Counted from the first letter of the stretch, positions 20,003-30,167 are shown. The stretch is DNA of 64,000 nucleotides from an uncultured Candidatus Saccharibacteria bacterium (GCA_964470995.1 CAYYEP010000003.1:16682-80681); one strand, 5' to 3'. Translations and numbers: made by a program. The notes: a model not told the origin generated them from the letters alone.

Positions 20003-20126
20003 AATTTGAATTGCATATTTCTAAAATGGCTCCTCGGTAGCCTGTCCCAAGCTTATTGAAGGATGCTCATCGAGGTGTCAGTATGGAAAAATTAATTGCA
20101 TTCCGATTAAAGTATCTTAAAGCTTT

Positions 20127-20345
20127 CCGGGATTAACGAACCCGGTCAACATCAAGACTTGCTGATAAAGGAGTTTCCCGAACGGTTGGGAATATCCTTC
20201 GTCAGCAAGTCTGGCGTGAACCGAAAGGTTCATAAGTAGTCGTGGTTCTTGCGGCATCAAAGCTTTGGCCGGAAGAATGGGATTGGAAACGGTCCCGTAA
20301 ATGGTCGGCGCGACAATTAACAAAAGGACTATAATTTTAGTCCAG
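20127..20345 (+). ncRNA. Candidate highly structured RNA / 5' leader of the S-layer-like gene
   Basis: Several stems: agacttgctga/tcagcaagtct, tgaacc-GAAA-ggttca, gggattg-GAAA-cggtccc, ttcttgcggc/gccggaagaa. Confidence 0.55.
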
Positions 20346-20381
20346 GTAAAAATAGGTCTTATTAGACCAAATAATTAAACA

Positions 20382-22406
20382 ATGTCTAGCAAGAAATTGA
20401 TCGCGGGCATGATTGCCTTTGCGATGGCTGTAGCCGTTGCGCCCAGCGCCAACGCCGCTACTGCCGAAGAACTGGCCGCTCAAATTGCTGCCCTTCAGAG
20501 CCAATTGGCTTCCCTGCAGGGTCAGCTTGGAACGACCACGGGAACGACTACCACAACCACGACCACTACCACGACTGGCACGACTTCGGTCGCCGCTTGC
20601 GCGGGTGTGACCTTTACGAGAAATTTGACTCTCGGTTCCACTGGCACCGATGTCAAATGTTTGCAAGCCCTGTTGAACGGCGATGTCGCGACCGCGGTTG
20701 CGGCCACGGGCGTCGGTTCAGCCGGAAATGAGACCGAGTACTTTGGTGGATTGACCAAGACTGCGGTTATCAAGTTCCAGAACAAGTACGCCGCCGAGGT
20801 TTTGACCCCGGTTGGATTGACTGCCGGCACCGGCTTTGTTGGTGCTTCGACCCGCGCTAAATTGAACGCGATGTTGGCGGGTACAACTACCACCACGACT
20901 GGTGATACTACCACCACGACTGGTGATACTACCACCACCACGACTGGTGATGGTGATGAAGGTGAGTTTACCGTAACCTTGAACTCGACCCCGGCCAACG
21001 GCCAGGATGCCGAGGAAGGCGAAAAAGGTGTTGCCGTAATGGGTCTCAAGATCAAAGCCACTGGCTCTGATATCGAAATCCAGCGCGTAACCTTGGCTTT
21101 CGATGCCAAGCCTTACACCTATTTCGACACGGTGTATTTGTATGATGGATCGACTGTGGTTGCCGAGGCTGACTTGGATTCCGATTCGGTTTCCAAGGTT
21201 GATTCTGACGACTATCGCATCACGATCTCCGGTTTCGAGAATAAATTCACTGTGGCCGAGGGCGCGACCAAGACCATGACGGTCAAGGTTGATGTCAAGG
21301 ATGGCCTCAAGGAATCTTATCTTGACGATACCGTTGCGATCCTTCTGCCGACCGACTCTGCCATTCGCGGTATCGATGAGGCTGGTTTGAATCAGTACGC
21401 CGGTGGTGCCGAGATCACTCGCCGCATCGACATGGCCACTGCCGCGGCCGATGATGCGAACCTGACCGTTAGCGCCAACGATGATACTCCGCTCGACCGC
21501 AACGTGATCGCCGATAACGGCGAGATCGAAGATGCCACTTTGTTGGTCTTCGATGTTGAGGCCGAGGACGACGATATCACGATCACCGACATCAACGATG
21601 TTGTGATCACCAGCGACGCCGCTTCTTCGACGATCGACACGGTTTATTTGTACAACGACAGCAACGAATTGATCGCCGAGTCAAATGTTGACGACGATGG
21701 CGAAGCTAACTTCGAAGATCTCGACGAGACCATTGAGGACGGCGACACCGCTACCTTCACGATCAAATTCGACAAGGATGTTGAGAACGATGATGATTTC
21801 GAGACTGGTATGACCGTGTACGCCACGGTTGACGCCGCCGGTATCGTTGCCGAGAACTCCGACGAGGATGAACTTGATGCCGATCAGTTGAATGGTGATG
21901 CTGCGGGCAACCTGGCTTACCTCTACAACGTTGGTCCTCAATTCACCATTTCGTCCATCACGACTTCCGAGATCCAAGCCACCGATAATACTGCCGCTGG
22001 CATTTCCGCGACCTTCAAGGTTGTGGTTGAAGCGATTGGCGGTGATATCTACCTGGCCAAGAAATCCGATTCCGAGAATTCGTTTGATGTCGAATACTCC
22101 ATTGACGACGCTGCCGGTGTGAATGCGGGTAGCATTACATACACCAAGCCGTCCGGAGCCACCGAAGTTTCCGGCACTGGCGATGTTGCGACCTTCTACG
22201 AGATCGAAGAGGGTGAGAGCCTGACCTTTACGGTCAATGCCACTCAAACCGTTACAACCGATGGTTATTACGATTTGAGAATGGCGGGCATCTCCTGGAC
22301 TGATGCTCTCGACACTGATACTGCCGATATGGTTTCTTCCACCTATATGGATGGCCAGGACGAGTGGATCAGCGACGCCGAGTATCTTCAGGCTGCCGGA
22401 TCCTAG
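20382..22406 (+). CDS. Secreted acidic S-layer-like protein with peptidoglycan-binding domain and Thr-rich linkers
   Basis: Signal peptide (ANA-A), coiled coil, FTRNLTLGSTGTDVKCLQ..GASTRAKLN PG-binding module, Asp/Thr-rich beta-rich body, strongly biased codons. Confidence 0.75.
   Translation: MSSKKLIAGMIAFAMAVAVAPSANAATAEELAAQIAALQSQLASLQGQLGTTTGTTTTTTTTTTTGTTSVAACAGVTFTRNLTLGSTGTDVKCLQALLNGDVATAVAATGVGSAGNETEYFGGLTKTAVIKFQNKYAAEVLTPVGLTAGTGFVGASTRAKLNAMLAGTTTTTTGDTTTTTGDTTTTTTGDGDEGEFTVTLNSTPANGQDAEEGEKGVAVMGLKIKATGSDIEIQRVTLAFDAKPYTYFDTVYLYDGSTVVAEADLDSDSVSKVDSDDYRITISGFENKFTVAEGATKTMTVKVDVKDGLKESYLDDTVAILLPTDSAIRGIDEAGLNQYAGGAEITRRIDMATAAADDANLTVSANDDTPLDRNVIADNGEIEDATLLVFDVEAEDDDITITDINDVVITSDAASSTIDTVYLYNDSNELIAESNVDDDGEANFEDLDETIEDGDTATFTIKFDKDVENDDDFETGMTVYATVDAAGIVAENSDEDELDADQLNGDAAGNLAYLYNVGPQFTISSITTSEIQATDNTAAGISATFKVVVEAIGGDIYLAKKSDSENSFDVEYSIDDAAGVNAGSITYTKPSGATEVSGTGDVATFYEIEEGESLTFTVNATQTVTTDGYYDLRMAGISWTDALDTDTADMVSSTYMDGQDEWISDAEYLQAAGS
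20886..20951 (+). repeat. In-frame tandem repeat encoding (TTTTTGD)x3
   Basis: actaccaccacgactggtgat twice plus one 24-nt variant. Confidence 0.9.
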
Positions 22407-22468
22407 TTCTCTCTAAATCGCCTTTCTTGTGGACTGGCGTTACTGGTGGGTTTAACCCTCCGGTATGG

Positions 22469-22500
22469 CAAAAACCCGCTTAACCGCGGGTTTTTGTTTT
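22469..22500 (+). terminator. Rho-independent terminator
   Basis: caaaaacccgc-ttaacc-gcgggtttttg followed by Ts. Confidence 0.75.
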
Positions 22501-22537
22501 CTTTGTGCGACTGATCCTTCCAACATCGCAAAAAAAG

Positions 22538-22586
22538 TTTGTGCAAGGTCGCACCTTGCACAAATTGTGCAAGGTGCGACCTTGCA
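22538..22586. repeat. Perfect REP doublet upstream of the RAYT
   Basis: tgcaaggtcgcaccttgcacaa-a-ttgtgcaaggtgcgaccttgca; each half is itself a palindrome with a 3-nt loop. Confidence 0.92.
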
Positions 22587-22628
22587 ATACTTGCCAAAAC
22601 TATTGTCTTTGCTTATTATTGCGATAAT

Positions 22629-23423
22629 ATGCCAAACCTTACTCGTAATTTTGCTATCGGCGATATTTATCATATCTTTAATCGTGGAGTAGAGAAGCGC
22701 GCCGTTTTTATGGATAACTCCGATTACTACCGCTTCGTTTTTTCGCTGTATGAATGTAACGACGAAACTGCGGTTCGGGTTGGCCAGCGTATAATTGAGC
22801 GCCGCCAAAGAAATACCAACAAAGCAAGTTCTGCAAGGTCGCACCTTGCAAGCTTGCAAGGTGCGACCTTGCAGAATTCAGAAGCGCACAAGAGAGAGCT
22901 GTTGGTTGAAGTCGTGGCTTTTACCCTGATGCCTAACCACTATCATCTAATTCTGCGCCAATTGGTTGACGGCGGCATTTCGCTATTTATGAAAAAATTA
23001 GGCAATGCCTATACCGGATATTTTAATGAGCGGCATGAACGTAAAGGGATGGGAGCTCTTTTTCAGGGACGTTTTAAGGCGATACGTATTGCCGATGACC
23101 GGCAATTTTTGCACCTGGCCGAGTATTTGTTTTCAAACCCTGTCGAAATCCTGGAACCGGACTGGAAGCTGGGCGGCGTCCGGGACCCCGCCGCCGCAAT
23201 TGATTTTTTAAATAATTATAAATGGTCAAGCTATTTGGATAGTATCGGTATGAAAAATTTTCCTTCCGTTACCGATCGGGATTTTTTGTGGAAAGTATTC
23301 GCTGGTTCCACGGACGAGCGGAAGGGGAGGTGTCGCGTCAAAGAATTCACCGAAGCCTGGATCAAGAATAAATCAACACTGTTTTCCGGCATTGCTATTG
23401 CTCAAAAAATATCTTTTGATTAG
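22629..23423 (+). CDS. REP-associated tyrosine transposase (RAYT, Y1 HUH family)
   Basis: YHIFNRGVEK, LMPNHYHL (HUH), LFQGRFKA, YLFSNP, YKWSSY; no tnpB or IS ends; flanked by REPs. Confidence 0.9.
   Translation: MPNLTRNFAIGDIYHIFNRGVEKRAVFMDNSDYYRFVFSLYECNDETAVRVGQRIIERRQRNTNKASSARSHLASLQGATLQNSEAHKRELLVEVVAFTLMPNHYHLILRQLVDGGISLFMKKLGNAYTGYFNERHERKGMGALFQGRFKAIRIADDRQFLHLAEYLFSNPVEILEPDWKLGGVRDPAAAIDFLNNYKWSSYLDSIGMKNFPSVTDRDFLWKVFAGSTDERKGRCRVKEFTEAWIKNKSTLFSGIAIAQKISFD
22829..22876. repeat. Perfect 48-bp REP-doublet palindrome inside the RAYT ORF
   Basis: ttctgcaaggtcgcaccttgcaag|cttgcaaggtgcgaccttgcagaa, read in frame as SARSHLASLQGATLQN. Confidence 0.92.
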
Positions 23424-23529
23424 TTGAATTGTGCAGGGGTAGGCTTGCAGATTAACAGAACATTAAAAACAAATCTTGACTCAAAATCGGCATCATGATA
23501 ATTTACCGTATTTTAACAGATACGATCGT

Positions 23530-23721
23530 ATGCCAAAAAAATTTTTGCTGATCGAAATACTGGCCATTGTACTGGTCCTGGCAGTAAATTGGCTTATAAG
23601 CCGTCCCGCTGGCCCGGCTATAACGCAGGCAATGCCCGCGGCAAAAACCAACGCTGGAATGCAAGGGAACGCCAATAACACCGTAACCCTTGAACGGCCG
23701 CCATTTTTAAACGAACAATAA
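23530..23721 (+). CDS. Small membrane-anchored hypothetical protein
   Basis: MPKK + hydrophobic segment; ends LERPPFLNEQ. Confidence 0.5.
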   Translation: MPKKFLLIEILAIVLVLAVNWLISRPAGPAITQAMPAAKTNAGMQGNANNTVTLERPPFLNEQ

Positions 23722-23770
23722 CAAACAAAAAAATTAATAAACCCGGGGAGGAGGGTTTAAATTCTAGATT

Positions 23771-24574
23771 ATGAACAAGAAGATTAAATTGGTTTGCTTT
23801 TTAACCTCGTTGGTTCTTTCTTTTAACGCTCTTCCCCTGGTGGTTCGCGCCGATGAGAATGCAACTTCTACTAATCCGTTTGTAGATATGGGTATGGCCG
23901 CCTACGTAAAGCTTGATTCCATCGATCAAACAATCTTCGATAATGCCACTGACCATTTTTTTGAATCTGCCGAACAATCTGGCACAACCTACATTATCGG
24001 CACCAAAACTTACTATGCCAACGATAATTACCTGGCCAGTAAAACAATCCTGCATTTTTATCTGGCAACCAGCGGTTGGCTGGTAGCTTATCTTGCCGCC
24101 GACCAACCAGCCTCGGCAATGGTTAACTGGAACGATAGCGCTTCGTTGGAAGATAATCTACTTAAACTGGCCATTGATGAAGCGGTGGAGAGTATTGGCG
24201 CGTCCTACGTCGATTCTGAGATTAAATACTACAATTTCCAGTATCCTGACGCCACCAAAATGACCTTAGTGCGCGAAAATATCGCTCCTGGAGAGGAATT
24301 AACCGATGAATTTACAATTTCCGTCCCGGGTACCATTCAAGAAGCTTCTTATGCTATGGTTGCATTCGAGGGAGCTATCAATTCTTGGAGTCAGGCGGCC
24401 GTATTGACGCTGGACGATACCCCTGTTAGGCATATAAATATTGATAATTTTCTTTATGGGGCCTACGATTCATCAATATTTACTGCCGGCAAGGCCCATA
24501 AGATAACTTTAAAAAGCCGCGACGCCGAATGTTCGATTGCCGCAGCCACTCTTGTCTTGTATAGCCTCGACTAA
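23771..24574 (+). CDS. Secreted hypothetical protein
   Basis: Signal peptide (VRA-D); 267 aa ORF. Confidence 0.65.
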   Translation: MNKKIKLVCFLTSLVLSFNALPLVVRADENATSTNPFVDMGMAAYVKLDSIDQTIFDNATDHFFESAEQSGTTYIIGTKTYYANDNYLASKTILHFYLATSGWLVAYLAADQPASAMVNWNDSASLEDNLLKLAIDEAVESIGASYVDSEIKYYNFQYPDATKMTLVRENIAPGEELTDEFTISVPGTIQEASYAMVAFEGAINSWSQAAVLTLDDTPVRHINIDNFLYGAYDSSIFTAGKAHKITLKSRDAECSIAAATLVLYSLD

Positions 24575-24615
24575 GTTCGTCTTTGAACGGTTTTAAATTA
24601 ACTAATCGATCAAAT

Positions 24616-27600
24616 ATGAACTCAAGTCATAAAACTTGGCTATTCTTCCTGCTCGCGATTCTGGCGGTTTTGCCGGTCCTATCTTTAGGCGAAAGCGAAA
24701 TCGAAATCGACGGCGCTGATGATTTTTGGTCTGCCGGAGTTGAAACTATCCACAGTTCGGCAAACAACCCCTCCGGCGAAACCGGAGATGAGCCTCTCAT
24801 CTGCCACGCCGATGATGTTTGGACTGGAGTTATCGCCGCTCCCGATAATATGCTCCTCGACACCACCTTCGGCGGCGATTTTGACCTACCCGCCGACCTA
24901 CCCCTCATCTGCCACGCTGACGCGATATTGAATTTCGCTTCACTCCAACCTAACTTTAACGAAGAACCCGAAAACCCAATTGAAAAACCCGAGGAACCCA
25001 AAAACATATTTGTCTATGTAGCTTTGGGCGATTCTTATCAATCAGGCGAAGGCGCCGGAAATTCCATTCTAAATACTCAAGAATATTTAACAAGCGCGTA
25101 CGAATCGGGAACTTATACCGACACCTTGATATCAGGGGATAATAGTTGCCACCGGTCTTTGTTTAATTACGCAAAACTGAATCGCGACAAACTGAAACCC
25201 GGCGCCGAGGTAATATTGATCGACAAAACCTGCAGTGGCGCCAAAATAGAAATGGGAGATATGCCATCTATTATTGGCAATATGATCCCTGGACAGATTG
25301 CGCCCGATTCTCAAATATCTCAAGTATTAGGCGAATTAGTTGCGCAGGGTCTTTCTGTGGATGATGTTGACCTTGTTACGGTTGGAATGGGCGGTAACGA
25401 TGCTAAATTTGCGCAAATTGTACAAGCATGCGTAATACCAGGTTTAATTAAAGAAGCTCTTAATCGATATCCTGGCGCTCCAAATGGCATAGAAGAGGAT
25501 GTGGCGCTGTATTTGGGGGATGCCGGAAGCTGCGAACAAGTTGAAGAAAAAATGGGTATAGCCTCAGACCAATTTATAGATTCATTGGTTGAAAAAGAAA
25601 TTTGGGCTCAAAATATCATTTTGTCAACTTTTGCCAACGCTCAAATTATGCAGATCAACTATCCGGATATTCTGCCATTAAAAAATAAAGCGCCGGAATG
25701 GTGCGGAGGCATAAGAAAGAGTGATCTTGATTATGCAAACAAAAAAGTACTGACTATTAATCAAAAAATTTCCGAAGCGCTAAACGCGGTAGCAACGGTT
25801 AACCCGCGGCTTAGGCTTGTGAATATTGAAAGAGCGCTTGGTGATAATGCATTATGTCCGGCCGCGGAAAGTTCCACGTTGGCAAACGGTATAAAGCAAA
25901 AACTCTTTGACAAAGAAGTTGACCGTTTGCTCAATGTCAACGGAAACGGCAATGCCAAAACTAGGGAACTGGCCGACAAAATATTTGTTCGATACAACGA
26001 AATTAAATCGTGCATAAGAAAAAATTTCTTACCATTTCAATCCTGTAATGTTGGCGAATTTAAGAGTCAACTTGTATCGGCGGTTGAAGAATTTAGCAAC
26101 TATTTGCTCGAGCCAGATCAATTTAAGGTTATTATGGCTAGCTTAACAGAATCATCGGACAATGAATCGATAGAAAGCAAATATGATAGATCTCATGGCT
26201 TGTTCCATCCCAATGCAAGGGGATACGAGATAATGGCATGTAACGTTTTGGCCGCATATAATAGGGAATCAGCTAATTTATGTTTAAGCCAGCCGTCAAA
26301 GGCATTTACTTGTACGGCTAATGGGCAGGAAGTTAGTAATAAACCGATACATACCGAAGCAGGGAGTGATATATGGCTGTATCTTGACGGTTTTAAGCCA
26401 AACTCATTAGTTGAAATGACTATGCGTTCAAATACTATTAATTTGGGGACAGCGGTCGCTGATGCTAGTGGCGTGGTCGATGTAATTATTGAGATGCCGG
26501 AAGCGAGCCCGGGCGTACATAGGATTCAATTAAAAGGGGACACTGCGAGCGGAATCGGTATTATTCAGGAGATAAAAGTTAACTATCCCGGTAATCCCGG
26601 CGGCAATGATGAAAGCTACGGAATGTATTTAACCGGATTTGCGCCAAACGATGGTATGCATGAAATCGAGCAAGTAGACATCATTTATGGCGGTACGACA
26701 TTCGGTCCATTTATACCCGATGAAGACGGGGGGATTCTAATAGAAGTTCCATTGTTTAATCAAGTCGGTCAGACTTCGTTACAGGTTAAAAGTCAAACAA
26801 CAAATACGGTTATTGAAAAGATAATCCAGGTCGCGGATATTGAAGCACCCCAAATCGATATTGAGATACCGCTTCCTGCCGAAGAAAAAAAATATTTGAA
26901 TACAGATGGGTTGTTGCCAATAAAATACTTAATTACTGACAACAGTGGCGAAAATATTACCGGGCGAATATTTTTGGATGGCGAAGAGTATAATAACGAC
27001 TATATTAATTTGGGTCGGTTTATTGAATCCGGTTTGCACTCGCTAGTTATTGGAGCCGAAGATTCAAGCGGTAATCAGGCCATCAAAAAAATTATTTTTG
27101 ATGTTGAGCCAAAATCGCTGATGGCATTCTCCGTTAAAAATATGCAGTTAAGGGTTAAAAAATCACTCATAAAAAATAACGCCAAATCAGAAAATGAATC
27201 CGTAGATTTCATTCTGTCCGGTGAGTTTGAATTACCGGAAAAGGTCAAAAAAGAAAACTTAGATTTTGGTGCGTTTTTATCATTTTCGATGGCAGGCAGT
27301 ACTAGTACAGCAAAATTGGAATTCAACAAAAAAAACAATATTTGGATATACAAACAGGATAAAGAACAAAACCAAATATTAAAGATAAACAACGCTATTC
27401 TCTATTGGGATTCGGGGAAAAATTTTTGCACTAAAGATGAAAAATGCTTGAGCCAACTTAAAAACAAGAACTGGTTTTATATTCGAGGAGAATTAATGGC
27501 CGAATCGAAATATATTCCAAACGAAAATATTATAATATCCTTGAATTTGCCGTTAACGCCAAGCGGAGAAACTGGCAGTTTATATGGTGAAGACAAAAAA

Positions 27601-27702
27601 CAATTGAGTAAAAACGGCAATTTATTGAGATTTGATACCAGAGAACAAAACGATAAATGGATGAGCGAATGGTGGAGGGGATGGGAACGCTTTGTGTGGT
27701 AA
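24616..27702 (+). CDS. Large secreted SGNH/GDSL hydrolase with Ig-like C-terminal domains
   Basis: ALGDSYQSGEG, CHRS, TCSGA, GGND, FHPNARGY motifs; signal peptide. Confidence 0.8.
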   Translation: MNSSHKTWLFFLLAILAVLPVLSLGESEIEIDGADDFWSAGVETIHSSANNPSGETGDEPLICHADDVWTGVIAAPDNMLLDTTFGGDFDLPADLPLICHADAILNFASLQPNFNEEPENPIEKPEEPKNIFVYVALGDSYQSGEGAGNSILNTQEYLTSAYESGTYTDTLISGDNSCHRSLFNYAKLNRDKLKPGAEVILIDKTCSGAKIEMGDMPSIIGNMIPGQIAPDSQISQVLGELVAQGLSVDDVDLVTVGMGGNDAKFAQIVQACVIPGLIKEALNRYPGAPNGIEEDVALYLGDAGSCEQVEEKMGIASDQFIDSLVEKEIWAQNIILSTFANAQIMQINYPDILPLKNKAPEWCGGIRKSDLDYANKKVLTINQKISEALNAVATVNPRLRLVNIERALGDNALCPAAESSTLANGIKQKLFDKEVDRLLNVNGNGNAKTRELADKIFVRYNEIKSCIRKNFLPFQSCNVGEFKSQLVSAVEEFSNYLLEPDQFKVIMASLTESSDNESIESKYDRSHGLFHPNARGYEIMACNVLAAYNRESANLCLSQPSKAFTCTANGQEVSNKPIHTEAGSDIWLYLDGFKPNSLVEMTMRSNTINLGTAVADASGVVDVIIEMPEASPGVHRIQLKGDTASGIGIIQEIKVNYPGNPGGNDESYGMYLTGFAPNDGMHEIEQVDIIYGGTTFGPFIPDEDGGILIEVPLFNQVGQTSLQVKSQTTNTVIEKIIQVADIEAPQIDIEIPLPAEEKKYLNTDGLLPIKYLITDNSGENITGRIFLDGEEYNNDYINLGRFIESGLHSLVIGAEDSSGNQAIKKIIFDVEPKSLMAFSVKNMQLRVKKSLIKNNAKSENESVDFILSGEFELPEKVKKENLDFGAFLSFSMAGSTSTAKLEFNKKNNIWIYKQDKEQNQILKINNAILYWDSGKNFCTKDEKCLSQLKNKNWFYIRGELMAESKYIPNENIIISLNLPLTPSGETGSLYGEDKKQLSKNGNLLRFDTREQNDKWMSEWWRGWERFVW

Positions 27703-27714
27703 AATAAAACAAAA

Positions 27715-28218
27715 ATGGGGAAAAAAATAATAGTAATACTTATTCTAATAGGGGTAACTTTCATGTTTGCAATTATAGATATTCTATCAAGCGAAGGTAT
27801 CGTTCCATTCCAAAAGGATAAAATTAATGTCAATAAAGACCTTGGGTTGGAAATAATACCGTGCAATAATGCAACAATAATAGAATTAGGGAATCCCTAT
27901 GTTGGTAAAGAGGTGTCAGAATTTACCACTAACGGTGGCACATTCTATGTTAAATCGCAAAAATTCGATCACGCAGGAATAATGACACCCGAACAATATA
28001 ATGAAACTATTTATATTGGTGAAATTAATAAATTACCAATTTGGGATCATCAAAAAGGAATTGTAGTTAACGCGGCTCAAAAAATTAATTTTAAAGAGGG
28101 AAATTATGGAGAAATAAGAACTTCATCGGGAAGATATTGGTTATGGTCGGGAGGAGGGGATGTTATTTTGGTGAGCTGTGATCCCAATGGCGTGAGCGAT
28201 CCCAAACCGGTCAAATAG
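27715..28218 (+). CDS. Membrane-anchored hypothetical protein
   Basis: N-terminal TM, 167 aa, AT-rich. Confidence 0.6.
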   Translation: MGKKIIVILILIGVTFMFAIIDILSSEGIVPFQKDKINVNKDLGLEIIPCNNATIIELGNPYVGKEVSEFTTNGGTFYVKSQKFDHAGIMTPEQYNETIYIGEINKLPIWDHQKGIVVNAAQKINFKEGNYGEIRTSSGRYWLWSGGGDVILVSCDPNGVSDPKPVK

Positions 28219-28379
28219 TTAATCGTGTCCAAAAACCGAAAAATCTGGTTTTTTTGCCGCGAGCAATAAAGGCGCGGCGGTCAAGCCTTCGCATTTTACT
28301 TTCATATTCCAACGGGCAGGGAGGTCCGGTTTTGTATTTTGGCGGGATTTATACTATATATAAAGTATTGGCTTTAACT

Positions 28380-30167
28380 ATGGAACATAGGTTATTTTGC
28401 GGTTTAAGATTTAAAAAAATAGCCCTGATGGCGGGGATTTTTGCTTTAACGCTGGCATTGGCGCCGCTTTTCGCGCGTGCCGATAACTATGGCGCCCAAA
28501 AGACCTTTAATATCGATAAATCCTACGATGCCGCCAGCCGCGCCAAGCTGGCCGCCACTTTGGTTTATTCGGGCAACAAGCTTTATTTTTACGTGGACGA
28601 CTCGTGGTGGAATGGCCTCGGCTCCGGCGAAAAATCGAAATACAACAAATCGTTCGAATCTCTGGATATGGAATTTGCCAAAACCATCTATCCCAGATTA
28701 ACCTCGGTTTATGGCAGTGATGTCAATCCCGACGTAAATCGTGATGGTAAAGTTACAGTGCTGGTGCATCCGATGGTTAAGGATGCCGGCGGGTACATCA
28801 ATACCGGCGATGGCTACAAAAAAGATTTGGTAACCACTTCCAATGAGCGCGAAATGGTCTATATGAACACGCGCTTCATCAATGCATCGCTGGCCAAGGC
28901 CTATCTGGCGCACGAATTCACCCACTTGATCACCTTCAACCAAAAAGACCGTCTGCGCGACGTGACCGAAGATATATGGCTTAACGAAGCGCGCGCCGAA
29001 TATTCGTCTACGCTCTTAGGCTATGATGCCGTTTATTCGGGTAGCAATTTCGAGCAGCGGGTTAAATCATTTTCTGCCGATTCTTCCAAAAGCCTGGTGG
29101 AATGGCTCAATAAGTCATCCAATTATGGCGCGGCGCATCTGTTTGTTCAATATATCGTTGATCAGTACGGAACCGGTATTCTGACCGATTCAATGCAAAC
29201 CGATAAAATCGGCATCGCCGCCATCAATTACGCTTTGGGTAAAAACGGCAAGAATATCGATTTCAAACAGATTTTCCGCAACTGGGTTGTGGCGCTCACC
29301 GCCAACGATTGCGGCCTTGGGCCGCAATATTGCTACAAATACCCGGCTTTGGCCAATTTTAAGGTTGCGCCTAAGATAAATTACCTGCCTACTTCGGAAC
29401 AAGCATCGCTTTCGGTTATGTATAATACTTCCTATTTTGCCGGCAACTGGCAAAAGATCGTGGGCGGGGGAGGCGATTTGACGCTGGATATCACCGCTAA
29501 CTCTTCGTCGAAATTCATTATTCCGTACCTTTTATGCTACGCCGTGGGTGGGGAATGTATCGTTGAGGATTTAAAATTGGATAGCAACGGTAAGGCGACC
29601 TTGAAACTGCCTCAATTTGGCACGCAATACGCCTCGCTGACCCTAATGCCCTTCGCAACGGGGAAAGCCGCGGGTTTCAACAATATGACCGCCAGCTCGG
29701 TTTCCTACAGCTTTAAGATCGCGGTAGCGGCTCCGGCGGCTGGTACTGCCTCCGGCGATGACCCGGAACTTATTCAAAGGCTTGCCGAGCAGATAGAATA
29801 TCTTAAAAGCGAAATCATTCGCTTGCAGACCCTGCTGGCATCCAGATTGAACCAATCCCAGGCGGTCGCGGGCACCGCCAAAGCTGTCGGCGCCTATTCT
29901 TGCTCGGCAATCACTGCCGATTTGTATTACGGCGTCGAAAATTACAACCAAGTTAGATGTCTGCAGGAATTTCTGGCCGCCCAAGAGGGGCAAATCTATC
30001 CGCAGGGAACAGTGACCGGCAGTTTTTCTTCCTACACCCGCACCGCAGTCGCCCGCTTCCAGGAAAAATATGCCTCGCAGATCCTTACGCCGCTCGGCCT
30101 GGCTAATGGTACCGGCTACGTCGGCGCCTCGACCCGCAGGGTCATTAATCAGTTGATTCAGGCTTGA
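28380..30167 (+). CDS. Secreted zinc metallopeptidase (M30/MA-like) with C-terminal PG-binding domain
   Basis: LAHEFTHLI..WLNE; GGY..SNERE; C-terminal VRCLQEFL..GASTRRVIN. Confidence 0.75.
   Translation: MEHRLFCGLRFKKIALMAGIFALTLALAPLFARADNYGAQKTFNIDKSYDAASRAKLAATLVYSGNKLYFYVDDSWWNGLGSGEKSKYNKSFESLDMEFAKTIYPRLTSVYGSDVNPDVNRDGKVTVLVHPMVKDAGGYINTGDGYKKDLVTTSNEREMVYMNTRFINASLAKAYLAHEFTHLITFNQKDRLRDVTEDIWLNEARAEYSSTLLGYDAVYSGSNFEQRVKSFSADSSKSLVEWLNKSSNYGAAHLFVQYIVDQYGTGILTDSMQTDKIGIAAINYALGKNGKNIDFKQIFRNWVVALTANDCGLGPQYCYKYPALANFKVAPKINYLPTSEQASLSVMYNTSYFAGNWQKIVGGGGDLTLDITANSSSKFIIPYLLCYAVGGECIVEDLKLDSNGKATLKLPQFGTQYASLTLMPFATGKAAGFNNMTASSVSYSFKIAVAAPAAGTASGDDPELIQRLAEQIEYLKSEIIRLQTLLASRLNQSQAVAGTAKAVGAYSCSAITADLYYGVENYNQVRCLQEFLAAQEGQIYPQGTVTGSFSSYTRTAVARFQEKYASQILTPLGLANGTGYVGASTRRVINQLIQA

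Noticed and set aside
19103-20080. Further REP remnants at 19103-19138 and 20025-20080 (also 28270-28295 and 48505-48545)
   Set aside because: The flanks are suggestive but the stems are too degenerate to call without a covariance model.
22538-22876. CRISPR array
   Set aside because: The repeats are inverted doublets with no regularly spaced unique spacers, and there are no cas genes.
22629-23423. Autonomous IS200/IS605 element
   Set aside because: RAYT-type motifs (NRG, QGRFK, NP, WSS), REP flanks, no tnpB, and no similarity to the hairpins at 50156-50280.
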